Positions 33,410 to 45,128 of a DNA stretch of 64,000 nucleotides are shown here, piece by piece. Origin of the DNA: Schizochytrium sp. TIO01 (Eukaryota; Protista; Bigyra: Labyrinthulomycetes); NCBI GenBank assembly GCA_004764695.1, contig SMSO01000025.1, positions 1,674,001 to 1,738,000 of the forward strand, written 5' to 3'. The notes beneath the pieces are model-generated. The model did no database searches, was not told where the DNA came from, and worked only from the letters and a program-made list of their open reading frames with translations. The translations under genes were made by a program, and so were the position numbers. Position 1 is the first letter of the stretch; every line of letters begins with the position of its first letter.

Positions 33410-35014
33410 ATGAGCTTGCACAGCGCTCGAGGCCAGTGGGCAGTGGCTCTGTGCCACAATGGAGCTGAGTTCGTTGGTCTACACGATGGTTCAGGTGTAC
33501 ATCTCAACGAAGTTAACTTGGCCGAAGACACTGAGATTGGCAAAATCGCAAGAAAAGTTTATCAACAGAACCCCGCAGAGTTCTCGTTTCGACAGCGCTT
33601 TTTACTGTTCATGGCCCGAGTACGGCTTACCATTCGACTCATTCGGGCATTGTCAAGAATAGTATACATTCTTTTTCGTCCCGCAATTTTAGCAGTGGCT
33701 TCAAGTGTTGTTCTTGCTAAAATATGGAATGATAGACATGGTATTCTAGACAAGATACAGGCTCGATCTCGCTTCATCCCTTGGCTACTTGCTCTCGATG
33801 TTACTGTGTTCAATGAATTGCGCTGGCTCATCAATGATCCAGTGCATCGATTAGATTGGTTTGGACATGGGCATTACAAAACCAAACCAGGGCTGTACTA
33901 TGCAAAAAACTTCAATAAGACACCTGCAATGAATCGTACAATGCATATACTGCAAGTCTGTAACTTTTTCAAAGACGTGGTTTCATACAAGTCACCAAGG
34001 TGGATGCTTCATGGCGACCTACGTACAGTTGTCCCAACGATTGCGTACCAAAGTAAGCCTTTAGTCTACACACGATTCTGCTTTAAATCGAGTCGTCGAG
34101 CCGACCCACATCTCGTGACCCTTGACTTTGCATTCCCTGATGAGGCCGTGGTCTCCGAGCCTCAACCCCTTGTACTTTTAATGGCAGGGGTTGGTGGAGA
34201 CTCCAATGCCCCGTATATGCGGGATCTTGTTGCAGCATGCACAGGACGCAACTGGATAGCGTGTGTACTTCTTGCACGGGGGTTGGGGAGTGCATTGCAT
34301 GTCTACTCAGCAGAAACTCTGTTCAACCCCACAGACACGGGCGACGCGCTTGACACAATGAATTTTCTGAACAAGCTGTTTCCAAACAATCCAATTTTGC
34401 TGGCTGGTGTATCGATGGGAGGGCTTGCGCTTTGCAACATCCTTGGCCGCCATGCGGAGGAAATACCTTCTTCTGTAAAAGGCTGTGTAACAATTAGTGC
34501 CGGCTTTAAATGTGATATGTTCAATTGGTCGCGTTACAAAGAGGTTTATCAACCTCTCATCGTTGCTGAAATTTTGCGAGAGGTGATCGGACGCTATGGT
34601 CATACTTTTGAAGATGCCAAGCTTACTCTAAATACTGTGCTAGCCAGTCGAGACTATGCTGGGTTTTATCATAACTTCTTTGCATATTTACCGTCAGTGC
34701 CTGGTTGCGGACCAGTGTCTTCCACTTCAAGAGAAGCTGCATTCAATGAATGGAAAACCTTGCAAGAAGGCGAGGTTTTCAGAAAGGATGTAAATATCCC
34801 ATTGCTTGTATTCGCTTCAAACGATGATCCCTTACACCACCCTGACCTTGTGGGTGTGGAGACTTCCGTTTACCGTTTTGATAATCCAAATGTAGTTTAC
34901 TTGCTGACGTCAGAAGGTGGGCATGTAGGATGGCCAAATAAACCTTGGCCAACCGATTTTTCTTTTCTGACTGACGTTGCTATGCGTTTCCTCGAGGCAG
35001 CTCTTCAAGAATAG
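33410..35014 (+). CDS. Alpha/beta hydrolase, ABHD1/2/3 (YheT/EHT1-like) family, with N-terminal membrane segment
   Basis: GDLRT, LLMAGVGGDSNAPY, RG, nucleophile GVSMGG, NDDP (Asp) and GGHVGW (His). Confidence 0.88.
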   Translation: MSLHSARGQWAVALCHNGAEFVGLHDGSGVHLNEVNLAEDTEIGKIARKVYQQNPAEFSFRQRFLLFMARVRLTIRLIRALSRIVYILFRPAILAVASSVVLAKIWNDRHGILDKIQARSRFIPWLLALDVTVFNELRWLINDPVHRLDWFGHGHYKTKPGLYYAKNFNKTPAMNRTMHILQVCNFFKDVVSYKSPRWMLHGDLRTVVPTIAYQSKPLVYTRFCFKSSRRADPHLVTLDFAFPDEAVVSEPQPLVLLMAGVGGDSNAPYMRDLVAACTGRNWIACVLLARGLGSALHVYSAETLFNPTDTGDALDTMNFLNKLFPNNPILLAGVSMGGLALCNILGRHAEEIPSSVKGCVTISAGFKCDMFNWSRYKEVYQPLIVAEILREVIGRYGHTFEDAKLTLNTVLASRDYAGFYHNFFAYLPSVPGCGPVSSTSREAAFNEWKTLQEGEVFRKDVNIPLLVFASNDDPLHHPDLVGVETSVYRFDNPNVVYLLTSEGGHVGWPNKPWPTDFSFLTDVAMRFLEAALQE

Positions 35015-37610
35015 CGAAGCCGACAAACCCACGTGCACCTTTCTCGGTGAAAACCGCGTTTTCAGAAGTTGTTGTTCAGCTAGGTCATAATGAAATACGT
35101 CATGGTACTTAGTGATATCTTTGCAAATAAAATAATATCTTAATTCATGATTGAAAGGAAACCTTGTGCACGTCTTCTGTTCGTGAGAAAGGAGAAAAAA
35201 CACGACTATACAAAAAGATGATCATCATGATCATCATGATCATTATGATCAACAACAGCAACAACAAATTACAATCGCCTAAAACAGTCAGCCATGATCA
35301 ACGACAAAATATGTACACCTAGTTCTCTTTTGTTGCTTGATCAGCCTGAGGTATAAAATCAGGTTGCAAAGTATGATTCTTTCCATGTGAGTTCAAGTAC
35401 CAAGGTGGTAGGTAGATAGGTACTTACTAGCAGATTAAGAAATGAAAAGCAAGACCATGTTTTGATTAATAACCTTCCTTTTCCTTCCTTAACCAGTCCA
35501 ATTCCTATAGATTCTTACTCGTCATTCCAGGCAGTGGGTTGTCCAGGGCAGTCAGATATGCTTCCTGCAACGTAACCAGGCTCAAGGTATTTCCTATGAA
35601 AGCTCATGGTTTCTGCAACTGTGTAAATGGACTCTCCTCTTGTTACTCTTTCATGCAAATTCGCTCCCTCCAGGGCGCTTGGATGTTTAGAGGTTTTTTC
35701 AAATACGAATTGTACTAGCTAGCTGCCGAAACAGAAAATCCCATGATGGCCATGAGACCATATTTGAAAGGGATGATGAAGTATAGCATTTCATGAAGTC
35801 CGTCCGCTTATTAATCACTCTTGCTGAAATAATGGGCTAAGTGAACGAACGGATGCTTCATCTTAATGTCTGTTGTCTTTAGTTGCTTGCTAAAATGTTG
35901 GTCATTAAGGCCCACACTCTTTGGTTCTCTGGGTGCCTCTGTCCCAGTGCACTCACTCGTCTCGCTGACGCGTCGATTGCGCAATCTTCTCACATTCTTA
36001 TGTAAAAACAAAACAAACAACTAAATAAAAAACTTTTGAAAAAGCATTTTTTGGTAGGTAATCCTAATTTTTCTGGTCATCAAAACTGGCATTGCATTTT
36101 GGTCCAAGCAACGATCAAGAACAAGCAAAACAAGGTCACATTGTAGCTCATAACATTCAACTTCACCTTTCTAGACATTTGAGTTTGGATTGTCCACAAT
36201 GGGTGGAGGGTGTGATACTGCTTCGGTCCCGATCGTTATCAAGATGATGATCAGTCTATATGAACAGCTTGTAGAAGTATAATGTGAAGCATCACTTTGA
36301 GGATCGATGGCATTTTAGCAAGAAAAACTGAAAATGAAGAAGCTCAGACCATATATTGATGGAATTGACCACAAATTATAGATAACTTCCACGAGAGTCA
36401 AAGTCAAAGTCATGTTATGATGAGGATACTATAATAAAAATCGAAAATGAATATACCTGATGCCAGGGCTCTGCAACGTGTAAAGCAAACTTGGTCTTTG
36501 CTAGACCCTCTGAAGAGCCTGACAAAAAAAAAATCTACTACGAGCAGAATGCTGCGTAAGTTCGGTAGCTCAGCGCTTTCTTGAGCGTGGGAGTGCGTGC
36601 ACGAAAGACAGCTCAATGCAAAACCACCAAAGGAAAAAAAATTAGGTTTTTTTGCTTCTTTTTCCACAGTCACGTAATACTGACATAGTTCTGGATTAGG
36701 GATTAAATTTATTTTTCTGTTTGAATGGTTGAATACAAAAAATCAAAAAGAGCGACAATTTGCCACACAAAGCTCTCCCTTTCGTTTGTTATTCTCTTGT
36801 CGCAAAGACCCAGGGTCCGTGCAGGTTCTTATGAATATCTCGAAGTTTATATTTTCTGCAGAGGGGTCCCCTCCGCCTTTTGTTGGTCTACTCATGAACC
36901 TTTCTTCATTCGAACAGAAATAATAACTTTTAATAAAAGAAAGCAAAAGAAACCAATGTATGATCAGTAGCAACAATATAATACCTGCCACAAACTATCT
37001 CGGTAACAGAGGCTCTTGTCGAACTCATCGCCGTTTATGGTTCCTGTCCAGACCCTCTTCTTCTTCAGTGGTAGTTTTTACTTCAATGTAAAGCTAAAGA
37101 AAGAGTGACCTTAGGGGCTCTTACCAGAATACGTAGCTCAGCAAATTTATCATTAAAAAGGTGTATATACCTAATACTGTTTTATCGCTTCTTGTCTGGT
37201 GTGGCAGCGTGTGCAGCAGCTTGGCAGACCTTATTTTTGAGCGTGTGAGGCTTGTCGGAGGCAGACCTGGGCTTTGAAGCGAGAGGTGATTGATTCAAAC
37301 ATCTTGGGATCGAGCGTAGCGTTGCCTGCACGATTTTTATCGTGAACAGCAACTCCAGCTGTCTGTGGGCGTGCAATCTCGTATTTGGCAGGCCATTCAG
37401 CAGACAACGATTTAGATCTTGTTGAAGTCTTGACGTGGCGTGCTCTTACTGTACGCAAGGCAACGCCAAAGACAGCATCGACCTTGTGCGTACAGGTTCA
37501 TACGGAATTGCGAGATTTTTGTTTACCCTAGACACTGTGCCCCTTAAATTAGCTTAGCTTTGCTTGTGTGTGTGGCTTTTTCTGAGTCTTTGTCTGAGCA
37601 TAGCAAAAAG

Positions 37611-38477
37611 ATGGGTCCTAAAAATGAGCATTTTGGCGCCTACCTCGGTGCAAGTGGATGTGCAGCAGCGATTAACTACCCACTGTGGAAGGCTTCTGCT
37701 GTGAACCAGTCAGCTTTCATTCAGCCTCAAGGTGATGGGCTTGTGGCTCGTCTCAATGTGTTCAAGCAGGCTATCGCTCCTCCGTATCGAGGAATGCCTG
37801 CGGTTATCTTTGGCATGACCTGGGCTCGCTGTGCCATCTTTTTTGGATCAGACTATTGGAGGCCACGACTGCAGGCATCTGGAGCCCCGGATGTTGTGGC
37901 TATGACCCTACCTCCTTTGGTTTTCTCATCTATTGTCCAGGTAATTAACATGCCTATCGTTCGTGCAAGTGTCACCATGCAGAACCCAAACGTCCAGAAT
38001 GACCCGAACTTCCGCACTACTGTTTCCACTCTTCGACACTTGGCTGAAACAAAGGGTTTTACCAAGCTCTGGCACGGATTGCCTGCCGGTCTGATCAAGA
38101 GCGTGCCCAAGTACATTACGTCAGTCGTGGTGAAGGACCTATGTGAAATGTTCCTTCCCAAGGCCCACAATGAATCAGAATTCCTCGTTCGATCCTGCAT
38201 CAAAAGTGTGGTTGCTGGTGTGGCTGGTGCCGTTTTGACAAACCCTGCCGACATTTTGCGTAATGAGATGTTCAAGACCGATCTTAGTCTCATGAACACT
38301 ATTCGTAAGCTTCGTAAAGACGAGCTTGAGCGGCCTGGCAAGAACCGCTGGATGGGTTCTTATGGATGGATGACCCGTGGCCTCGGCTCCAACTTAGTAG
38401 CTGTGTCCGTACCCATCACCCTGACCATTTTCCTGACTGACTTTTTCATCCGTTTTGAGTCAGGCCCCTCGTACTAA
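37611..38477 (+). CDS. Mitochondrial carrier family (SLC25-like) protein, divergent
   Basis: 288 aa with tripartite organisation: YPLWKA, MPIVRA and NPADILR (Px[DE]xx[KR]-like) plus YRG/WHG/TRG motifs. First ATG is 37611. Confidence 0.85.
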   Translation: MGPKNEHFGAYLGASGCAAAINYPLWKASAVNQSAFIQPQGDGLVARLNVFKQAIAPPYRGMPAVIFGMTWARCAIFFGSDYWRPRLQASGAPDVVAMTLPPLVFSSIVQVINMPIVRASVTMQNPNVQNDPNFRTTVSTLRHLAETKGFTKLWHGLPAGLIKSVPKYITSVVVKDLCEMFLPKAHNESEFLVRSCIKSVVAGVAGAVLTNPADILRNEMFKTDLSLMNTIRKLRKDELERPGKNRWMGSYGWMTRGLGSNLVAVSVPITLTIFLTDFFIRFESGPSY

Positions 38478-39097
38478 GTTTACTCGTACGAGAACTTTGT
38501 TCCCTGTTCTAAGCTGCTTCAACCACCCCTCGTTTTTACATTAGTTGTCGCAGCTACTGAGCTTAGAGATGCCTTCTGCATGCACCAGAGACAGCGCGTA
38601 TGAAAGTCATAAAGAATACAAACTCTAACCTCCAAGTCAACATACATAGAGTAGACAACACCCATACTATCACACTAAACTGAATTTACCCTACCCTACA
38701 AACTCCAGGAACTTAAAAGCAAAAACAAAAACTAAAATAGCATGAAAAAAAAGTTGTATATCTGGTGTAATTGAACAATACCTCCAATGACCGGGCTAAA
38801 CCTTACAAGAAAACCGTAAGAGAATATCGGGGTCGCATTTGCATAATTTATATCTAAAGCAGATATAAATGGCATCGTCTGAAACCGATGTCTGAAGAGC
38901 AAGTAAAAATTCTATCTGCATAGCGAAATCAAGGGGGTGAAATAGACCAAGACATTTTTTATACATCCGCTAAGGCTATTCGAATAATATTCAAGGAGAT
39001 TGTGACTTAGACTCGTTTGATACCATAGAATTGAAAGCAACGGCGGTCATCCATTTTTCAGAGGAGTAGCACAACGCATACCAAGCCTGGATGGGCT

Positions 39098-40075
39098 CTA
39101 TTGCACAAATACGTACTTGGTTGGGACAAAATGCTTCATCATCGCGCCCGTTGTTTGATCAACTTCATCGTCATCAAATTGAACACCGCACAAAACGCTT
39201 CCGGGGGGGTTTGGTGCACCAGGAGCGACATTGTTTGACTCACGAAACGGCGTAGACACCAGGGTAGCTTTGTAAAAGCATGTGGTCTTGGGATAGACTG
39301 CAAGGACCTTCTTACCTCTGCTTGAAAGTCTTAATTTTGCAGAGTTGAGTGTTTCCTTATCAGCCAGAAGAACAATTTTCGCAATGGGTAAAACATACCG
39401 GGTCTTGCTGTCATCAACGTCTGCAACTGTGACAACTTCAGCATCTGCTTGGGTAAATTCTGAAACTTTGCAAAGAATCCATGTCGCATCAGCTTCGATA
39501 TACGCAGCCACAAGTCTGCCCGGGACATATGGTGACTCTTGAATCTCTCCGCTGAGTTGGAGAATATCTTTAAGGTACTCAATGTCTGATCGAAGCCGTT
39601 TGAGGTTCTGTTCCGACATATCGTAGAGTTGGTCAGAGATGCTACGTTTCTCCGCAATTTTTTGTTTTAAGGAAGCACGCAAGTTCGGGATAGATTTGAA
39701 TTCAGGGCTCTCACGGAGTTCCTTGACGATTTTTTCTTTTGTGGCTGTCGAGGTCTCGCCAGCGCAGCGTTCCTTCGCAGTTTCTGCAAATTTGTTTTGA
39801 ATATTTTCGAGTTTTCGCAGTTCTTTCGAACACTTTTTATCAAGGTCACGCATAAGCGTAGTGTACCTGCGAACTTCTGCTGGCATGACCTGGAGCGTGT
39901 CAAGGTCTGAGCATTTTTAGGTGAATCGCAGCGCCATGATTAAGACAAGAGCGATGAATCGTATGATCTGTGAGTATGCAAGATGAACTAGATGAAGATT
40001 ACTACGCCCGCTATCTAACTTACACTCCTCGAGCACGCTTCCCTTGCCGTCCTGGCCATAGGAGTCTCCCGCCAT
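39098..40075 (-). CDS. ING N-terminal coiled-coil domain + SGF29-type tandem Tudor protein; two exons (40075-40024, 39906-39098)
   Basis: A GTAAGT...CAG intron at 40023-39907 (117 nt) joins exon 1 to give SVLEEYLDTLQVMPAEVRRYTTLMRDLD..EKRSISDQLY (ING-like). The C-terminus VAA..WILCKV..DVDD..VLAVYPKTTCFYKA..FDDD is the SGF29 Tudor signature. Confidence 0.85.
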
Positions 40076-43000
40076 AGTGCAATGGTTTGGTGTGCTGAAG
40101 CAACTTCTTGATGTGGCTGCTGGCTGCCGCGCGCTTGTGAGCAGCTCAATGATTGTTGAAGAGGAGTGAAGACTTGGAAAGGAATTTAGATAATGACCTA
40201 ACCGGTGTCATCTGGTTGGGCCTTTTTATACATGAAAATTATTATCATATGATATTTATATTTATTTAATACTAAAATAGCTTGAGCTTGAATAAAAATA
40301 ATAAATAATAGTAAAAATGTCAAGTTGGTGTGTCAATTTTATAGCAACTAAATAAATATGCGTAGCTTCAAAGGAAGAAGAATAACGTCTAATATCACTG
40401 GATACAATCACGCAACCATTATTTAGAGATGTCAAAAAGATGCGTTTGGTTTGTTAGCATGATCTTTCTTCTTAGTAATGTTTTTTCACTGATGACTTAA
40501 AAGATTTGCAACCTTTACATGAAATGAGTGACTGTTTTGGCTTGACTTTTTACCTAAGCTATAACATGTTAAGTTATTACCTCTGACTAATGAGTGTTAC
40601 ATGAATTTGATTGACAAAGTTGAAAAAGAGTAGCGTTTGTACAATCTGCACCAGCACAACCAGGGTGTTAAACTCTACGCCAACTTGCTTAACCAATGCG
40701 TTGATTTTCTCTTCATTAGTTTTCCCAAATATGTCGTGTCAAGCTTTTGTGTAGCTTAATGCAATTTAATATACCCGAAAAAAGAAGATATTATACACGA
40801 ACGCTCTAAACATTAGCCACGTGAACTAACGTTAGATTTTTGAAAAGCCAGGCGTTTGTCGATTGTTTCCCCTGATATTCTTTACATTTTTCTCAGCGCC
40901 CTTTACTTTCTATAAATTATGAGGTCCTAAATACCTCTAGTATCTAGTGTGGAAATGTTTCACCAAACCTTCAATAAAGATCAAACTACACAATGCTTGG
41001 CCGGGAGCATCTCCTTTGTTGTGTTTCTCCACAAAGTTCCTAAAGTGCTCAAGCACCATTATTCGTCCACGACGCACTTTGGTGTGTACCTTCTAACTCA
41101 CTCGCACACCACTCGTAGACAAGAAATTAGCCCTCAAGAGTAAACATGACGAATCTAAGGATATGTTTAGGCTCCATGCACGCAAAGGCAAAAGTGAAGA
41201 ATTTGGCAAATCGCGGAAAGAGTCTCCAAATGTATGGAGTACAGTACAAGTCATACATTTATATTCACGCTGTCAGGTGCAAATCTTACTATGCGTGAAT
41301 CAAAATTATTTCCTTTGGTCGTGAAGGTTTTATACTATTGGTAGACTACTATTTATAAAGTTTTCATAATAGGCCTATTGGTGTTCAATTCTTCGAGAAC
41401 TGGAAGTCTTCAAACACGCCTTGCACTCTGCTTTCTGCTTTTGCAAGTTTTGCCTTTCTTTCACACCATCTAGGTCTACTTATCAATAACTCGTCCGCCT
41501 TTAACTCTCCAGTCTTGCATACCCAGCACAGCATCCTTGTATCCATACATCTCACCACAAAGATCCTCGGCACCTCCGTTTCCGTGCGTCCGCCTTGACT
41601 TCAAGCTGTCCAACGACAGGAAACAGATTGAAGCATGTTAAAGCGTCACAATATATTCTGCCTTTAAGCTGCCTGAGCCTGTCATCTGCGCATTTGCCAT
41701 CATAAGGCCTCTCCTTTGCCTATGTTCAGCACTAGCTTTTTTAGTTTTGGCCATCGATTGGCCCGTCACACTTGGGTCATTCGCCGAAACTCGTTGCTCT
41801 TTCGTTGGATGTGGTGCTAAAATCGCACTCCCGTGGTAGTCCCGTGCATCTCGCACTTTATCAGCTCACTAGGACCCCCATCTATTGTATTCCCTAAGAG
41901 GGCCTCCGTCTCAGTTCTTTTTGCCCTGCCAACCATTATTGCTCAGTTTAAGTAAGACAAGCTACTTAGCTAGCTAGAACTCTTTCACGCGCTGCAGTAG
42001 GAGACCTTCCGCTTGCTTGGCTCTTCAGGCCAGGTGAATTGCGGGTCGCTCGGGAGCAGCACTTCCTGCGGCCGTGGCCCTGCGAGCTCGAGGCTGCTTC
42101 TCCAAGTTCTTCCCTTTCGCAGTGCTGTTCTACGTCTTCAGGGCTCGCTGTACGCCTTTTACTTTGTCACTTAGTCAGGCAAGCGACGCTAAGGATGGGT
42201 CTCCATCTCGAAAACGGGGCGCCATTTACTCTCTCGAACTACCTAATACCTAGCTAGCTATGGCTAACATTCATTTTAAGGTCTCTTGGAAAGCGAGCGA
42301 TTGGCCTTTGCTCCTGTGATTGAGAGTCATCGCTTTTCTGAACGTTGCTGCTTCCTCTCCCAGCTTCGAGAGGCGACCAGCCCAGGAGCGCTGCAGTGGA
42401 AACATACCATGGCTGCTTCTGATGTCTTCGAGCTGTTTATTCGTTTTTTGAGGGAAGTTGAGGGTTTTCACGCGAGAGTTCTCTGTCGAGATAGGTAGTT
42501 CGATGTCTGGAGACAGGAAGCATTACAAAAAATGTTGGCTTGAAGCGAGCAGAATCTCGTGGCGTTAACAATAGATGGCGAGACTTGCGATACACGGCCT
42601 AGCACGCAACGAGAAGGCCCGGAGAACGCGCGTTTGTGGGAGCGACCATTCGGCACTGCTCTTCGCTGTTTTATATGTTCTCGACAGGTCTTCAAGTTCT
42701 TCATTTACTTCGGCATTTATGTGGTTCTCACTGATGCTCTCATGCATACTCGACGCTTTCTTTTAATTAATTACTTAAAAAAATTATAAAAATGGTGTCA
42801 AATATCAGACTACTTGTGCGACTCCCTCACGATATAGCATTGATGAGCTGAGCGAGTTGGCTCTGGCAGGACCTGCAACCCAAGATCGGTGCGGCACTCT
42901 CGGCATAAGATCTTCTCGGCCCACGACGATCGCCACGGGTACGAATGTAGTAGAGCGCAGGAATTGAAAAGACAAGTTTTGAGTTCCTGTCGGAGTCTGT

Positions 43001-45128
43001 GACAGAGTAATCAATGACCCCTGCGATACTTTTTTTTCCCTTATTCTTCTCTTCGCTATATTAGGCTTCGTTAGAAGCTCCTATGGTTTCCATAGAAGGT
43101 TTACGTCACTTTCATTACCCTGAGTGTCGTCTTTGGAAACATAGAGAGCAGCATCATACATGAAACAAGGGTGACCAACGACGGACGCTCGACGGACCTT
43201 TGCGAAGCTGCAGCCTGTCAGACTACCATGCAATTTGGTTTCTCTCCTGCTGGACTAATGTCGAGCCTTTGAGTTTCATGCTGCCACGTATGGTGGTCCA
43301 GCAGGCGCCGGGCCTTCTCTTCCGAGCAATCTTGCTATCTGCACGCGCGGCGGTGACGTGACTCTTAAAAAAGGGCGCAGAAAGTAAGAGAGCCCATCGC
43401 TAATATTCTAAAATGCGTAAAGAGCGATGTATGTATGGAGAATAAACATTCTTCAAAGGAGCTTTAACTGGCGTCTCAGCAAGGTTGTCTCAGAACGTGA
43501 TACAGCTTATTCTTTAACGCTACCAGCATTGGTACAGGGAGTATTCACTTCCTTAGATGAAGACACGTCAACTTGAAATTTGTTTTTGGTGATTAGGTAC
43601 TTCCCTATCCTTCAAGTTGAAGGTGATTGAACGTACGACGGGAACTCATAGTGATTACCAAGAAACACTTTTATTTAAAAAAAAGTTTTGAGTTAAATAT
43701 TGTATTTTTATTTAAAATGAAGAGCTCATGCGCTCCTGGGTAGGTAGGTAGGTTAGGTACCTGCTCACCTGAGAGAGCCAAGAAGCTTGAGTGGCAATTC
43801 TCAGCCAATCTCTTCCAACGATATCGAAGGTTCTTGCCTCTGCGATTATCAGCTGAGGCCATGCAACAGCCTTAACACTGGGAAAACGTCAAGTTGTGCT
43901 CAGAGAAAACTGAAATACCATACTTGTGCACATCATCGTCTTGTGTAACGTTAAAAACTCTATGATTTAGTGCTTAAATCTGATGAGTTTAGCCATCGGC
44001 TAGCTCAACTCAGCTCATGAATGTACGCATGAAGGGATGAATGGACTCTGTTTCAAGTCTTCAATACCTCGCAATTGAAATCTCGAGAAGACCCTGCGTT
44101 GTCAATGGATGAAGTTCTTCGTTCCTCACTCTTCGTTCTAACATTGACTGAATAGTACACTTGTTAAAGGAGGCCACTTTCTCACTTCTCACTCAACGCC
44201 TTTTCATATTTCTTTCTGACAACACGCGTCGAACCGCATGCGGAGGCACCGTGATAGCTCGTGAGCCTTCGTCGTCTCAAGCTGATGCTCCCTTTGCTCC
44301 ATCCAAGCGTATTTGCAGAGGCTGCGTTGCTTGTCGTCTTATGGATTCTGCAATTCGATATCATGAAACCATCGTATGACAGGACTGACTTTCGAATAAG
44401 AATTTCTAAGTTGGAATTTTAATGTTATCCCATACAGTAGAATTTCTTTTCTTTTAACCTCAAGGTGAAATCGCACTCTTTTATTATTGCTCTTAGAATC
44501 TATAGCAGAAATAGTATCGCTGCTCTTCAAGAACCTGAATCTGTGAAAAATTGAACGAAGCAAATTTGATGTTATAAAAAACATAGAGAAAACTGTGCTG
44601 GAGAATTTGCTCCAAATGATTTACTCGTACCTCACTCTTGTTTTCTAATGCACGAGTGGTAAAGCAGCGATTCAATTGTTGTATCCATTGCTCGTTTGTG
44701 GTTAGTGCACTCGGGGCTAGCTAGCGAAGGCAGGCAACACGCAAGTAAACGAGGATCTGGCTGCTTGCTTCATCGTAGCTCTCGTGGTCCCTCTTGTTTA
44801 ATTTCGAGACTAGAAAGAATAAATTAAATAAATTAAAGTCGACAGCTTCTTTTTCTTTCGAAAAAATAAAAATACTTGAATATCGATACTTACCAATTAT
44901 GATGGTAACAAATTTCTATTTACTAGGAAAAAAGAGAGGAAAAAGAAAAGAAAAAGAAAAGAAAAGAAAACAAGAAATCGAGGAACAGCAATACCAGTTT
45001 CCCATCTCCGGCCGATCGATCGGTGCTCTCGCACTTGGCGCAAGAGCTTCGACCGACCGCCAACAGAACCATTGAAGGGCACCCCAGCTGTTGGTGGCTG
45101 ATTGGCAGCGAGGCCGATCGCTGCAGCT

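Noticed and set aside
35773-35827. C/D box snoRNA (ATGATGA...CTGA)
   Set aside because: Short, no terminal stem and no recognisable rRNA-complementary guide.
42020-42100. SRP RNA-like segment (CAGG...GGAGCAGC)
   Set aside because: No GNRA-capped helix 8 geometry or Alu domain.
43975-44030. Hammerhead ribozyme (CTGATGAG followed by a hairpin)
   Set aside because: No GAAA after stem II and no stems I/III.
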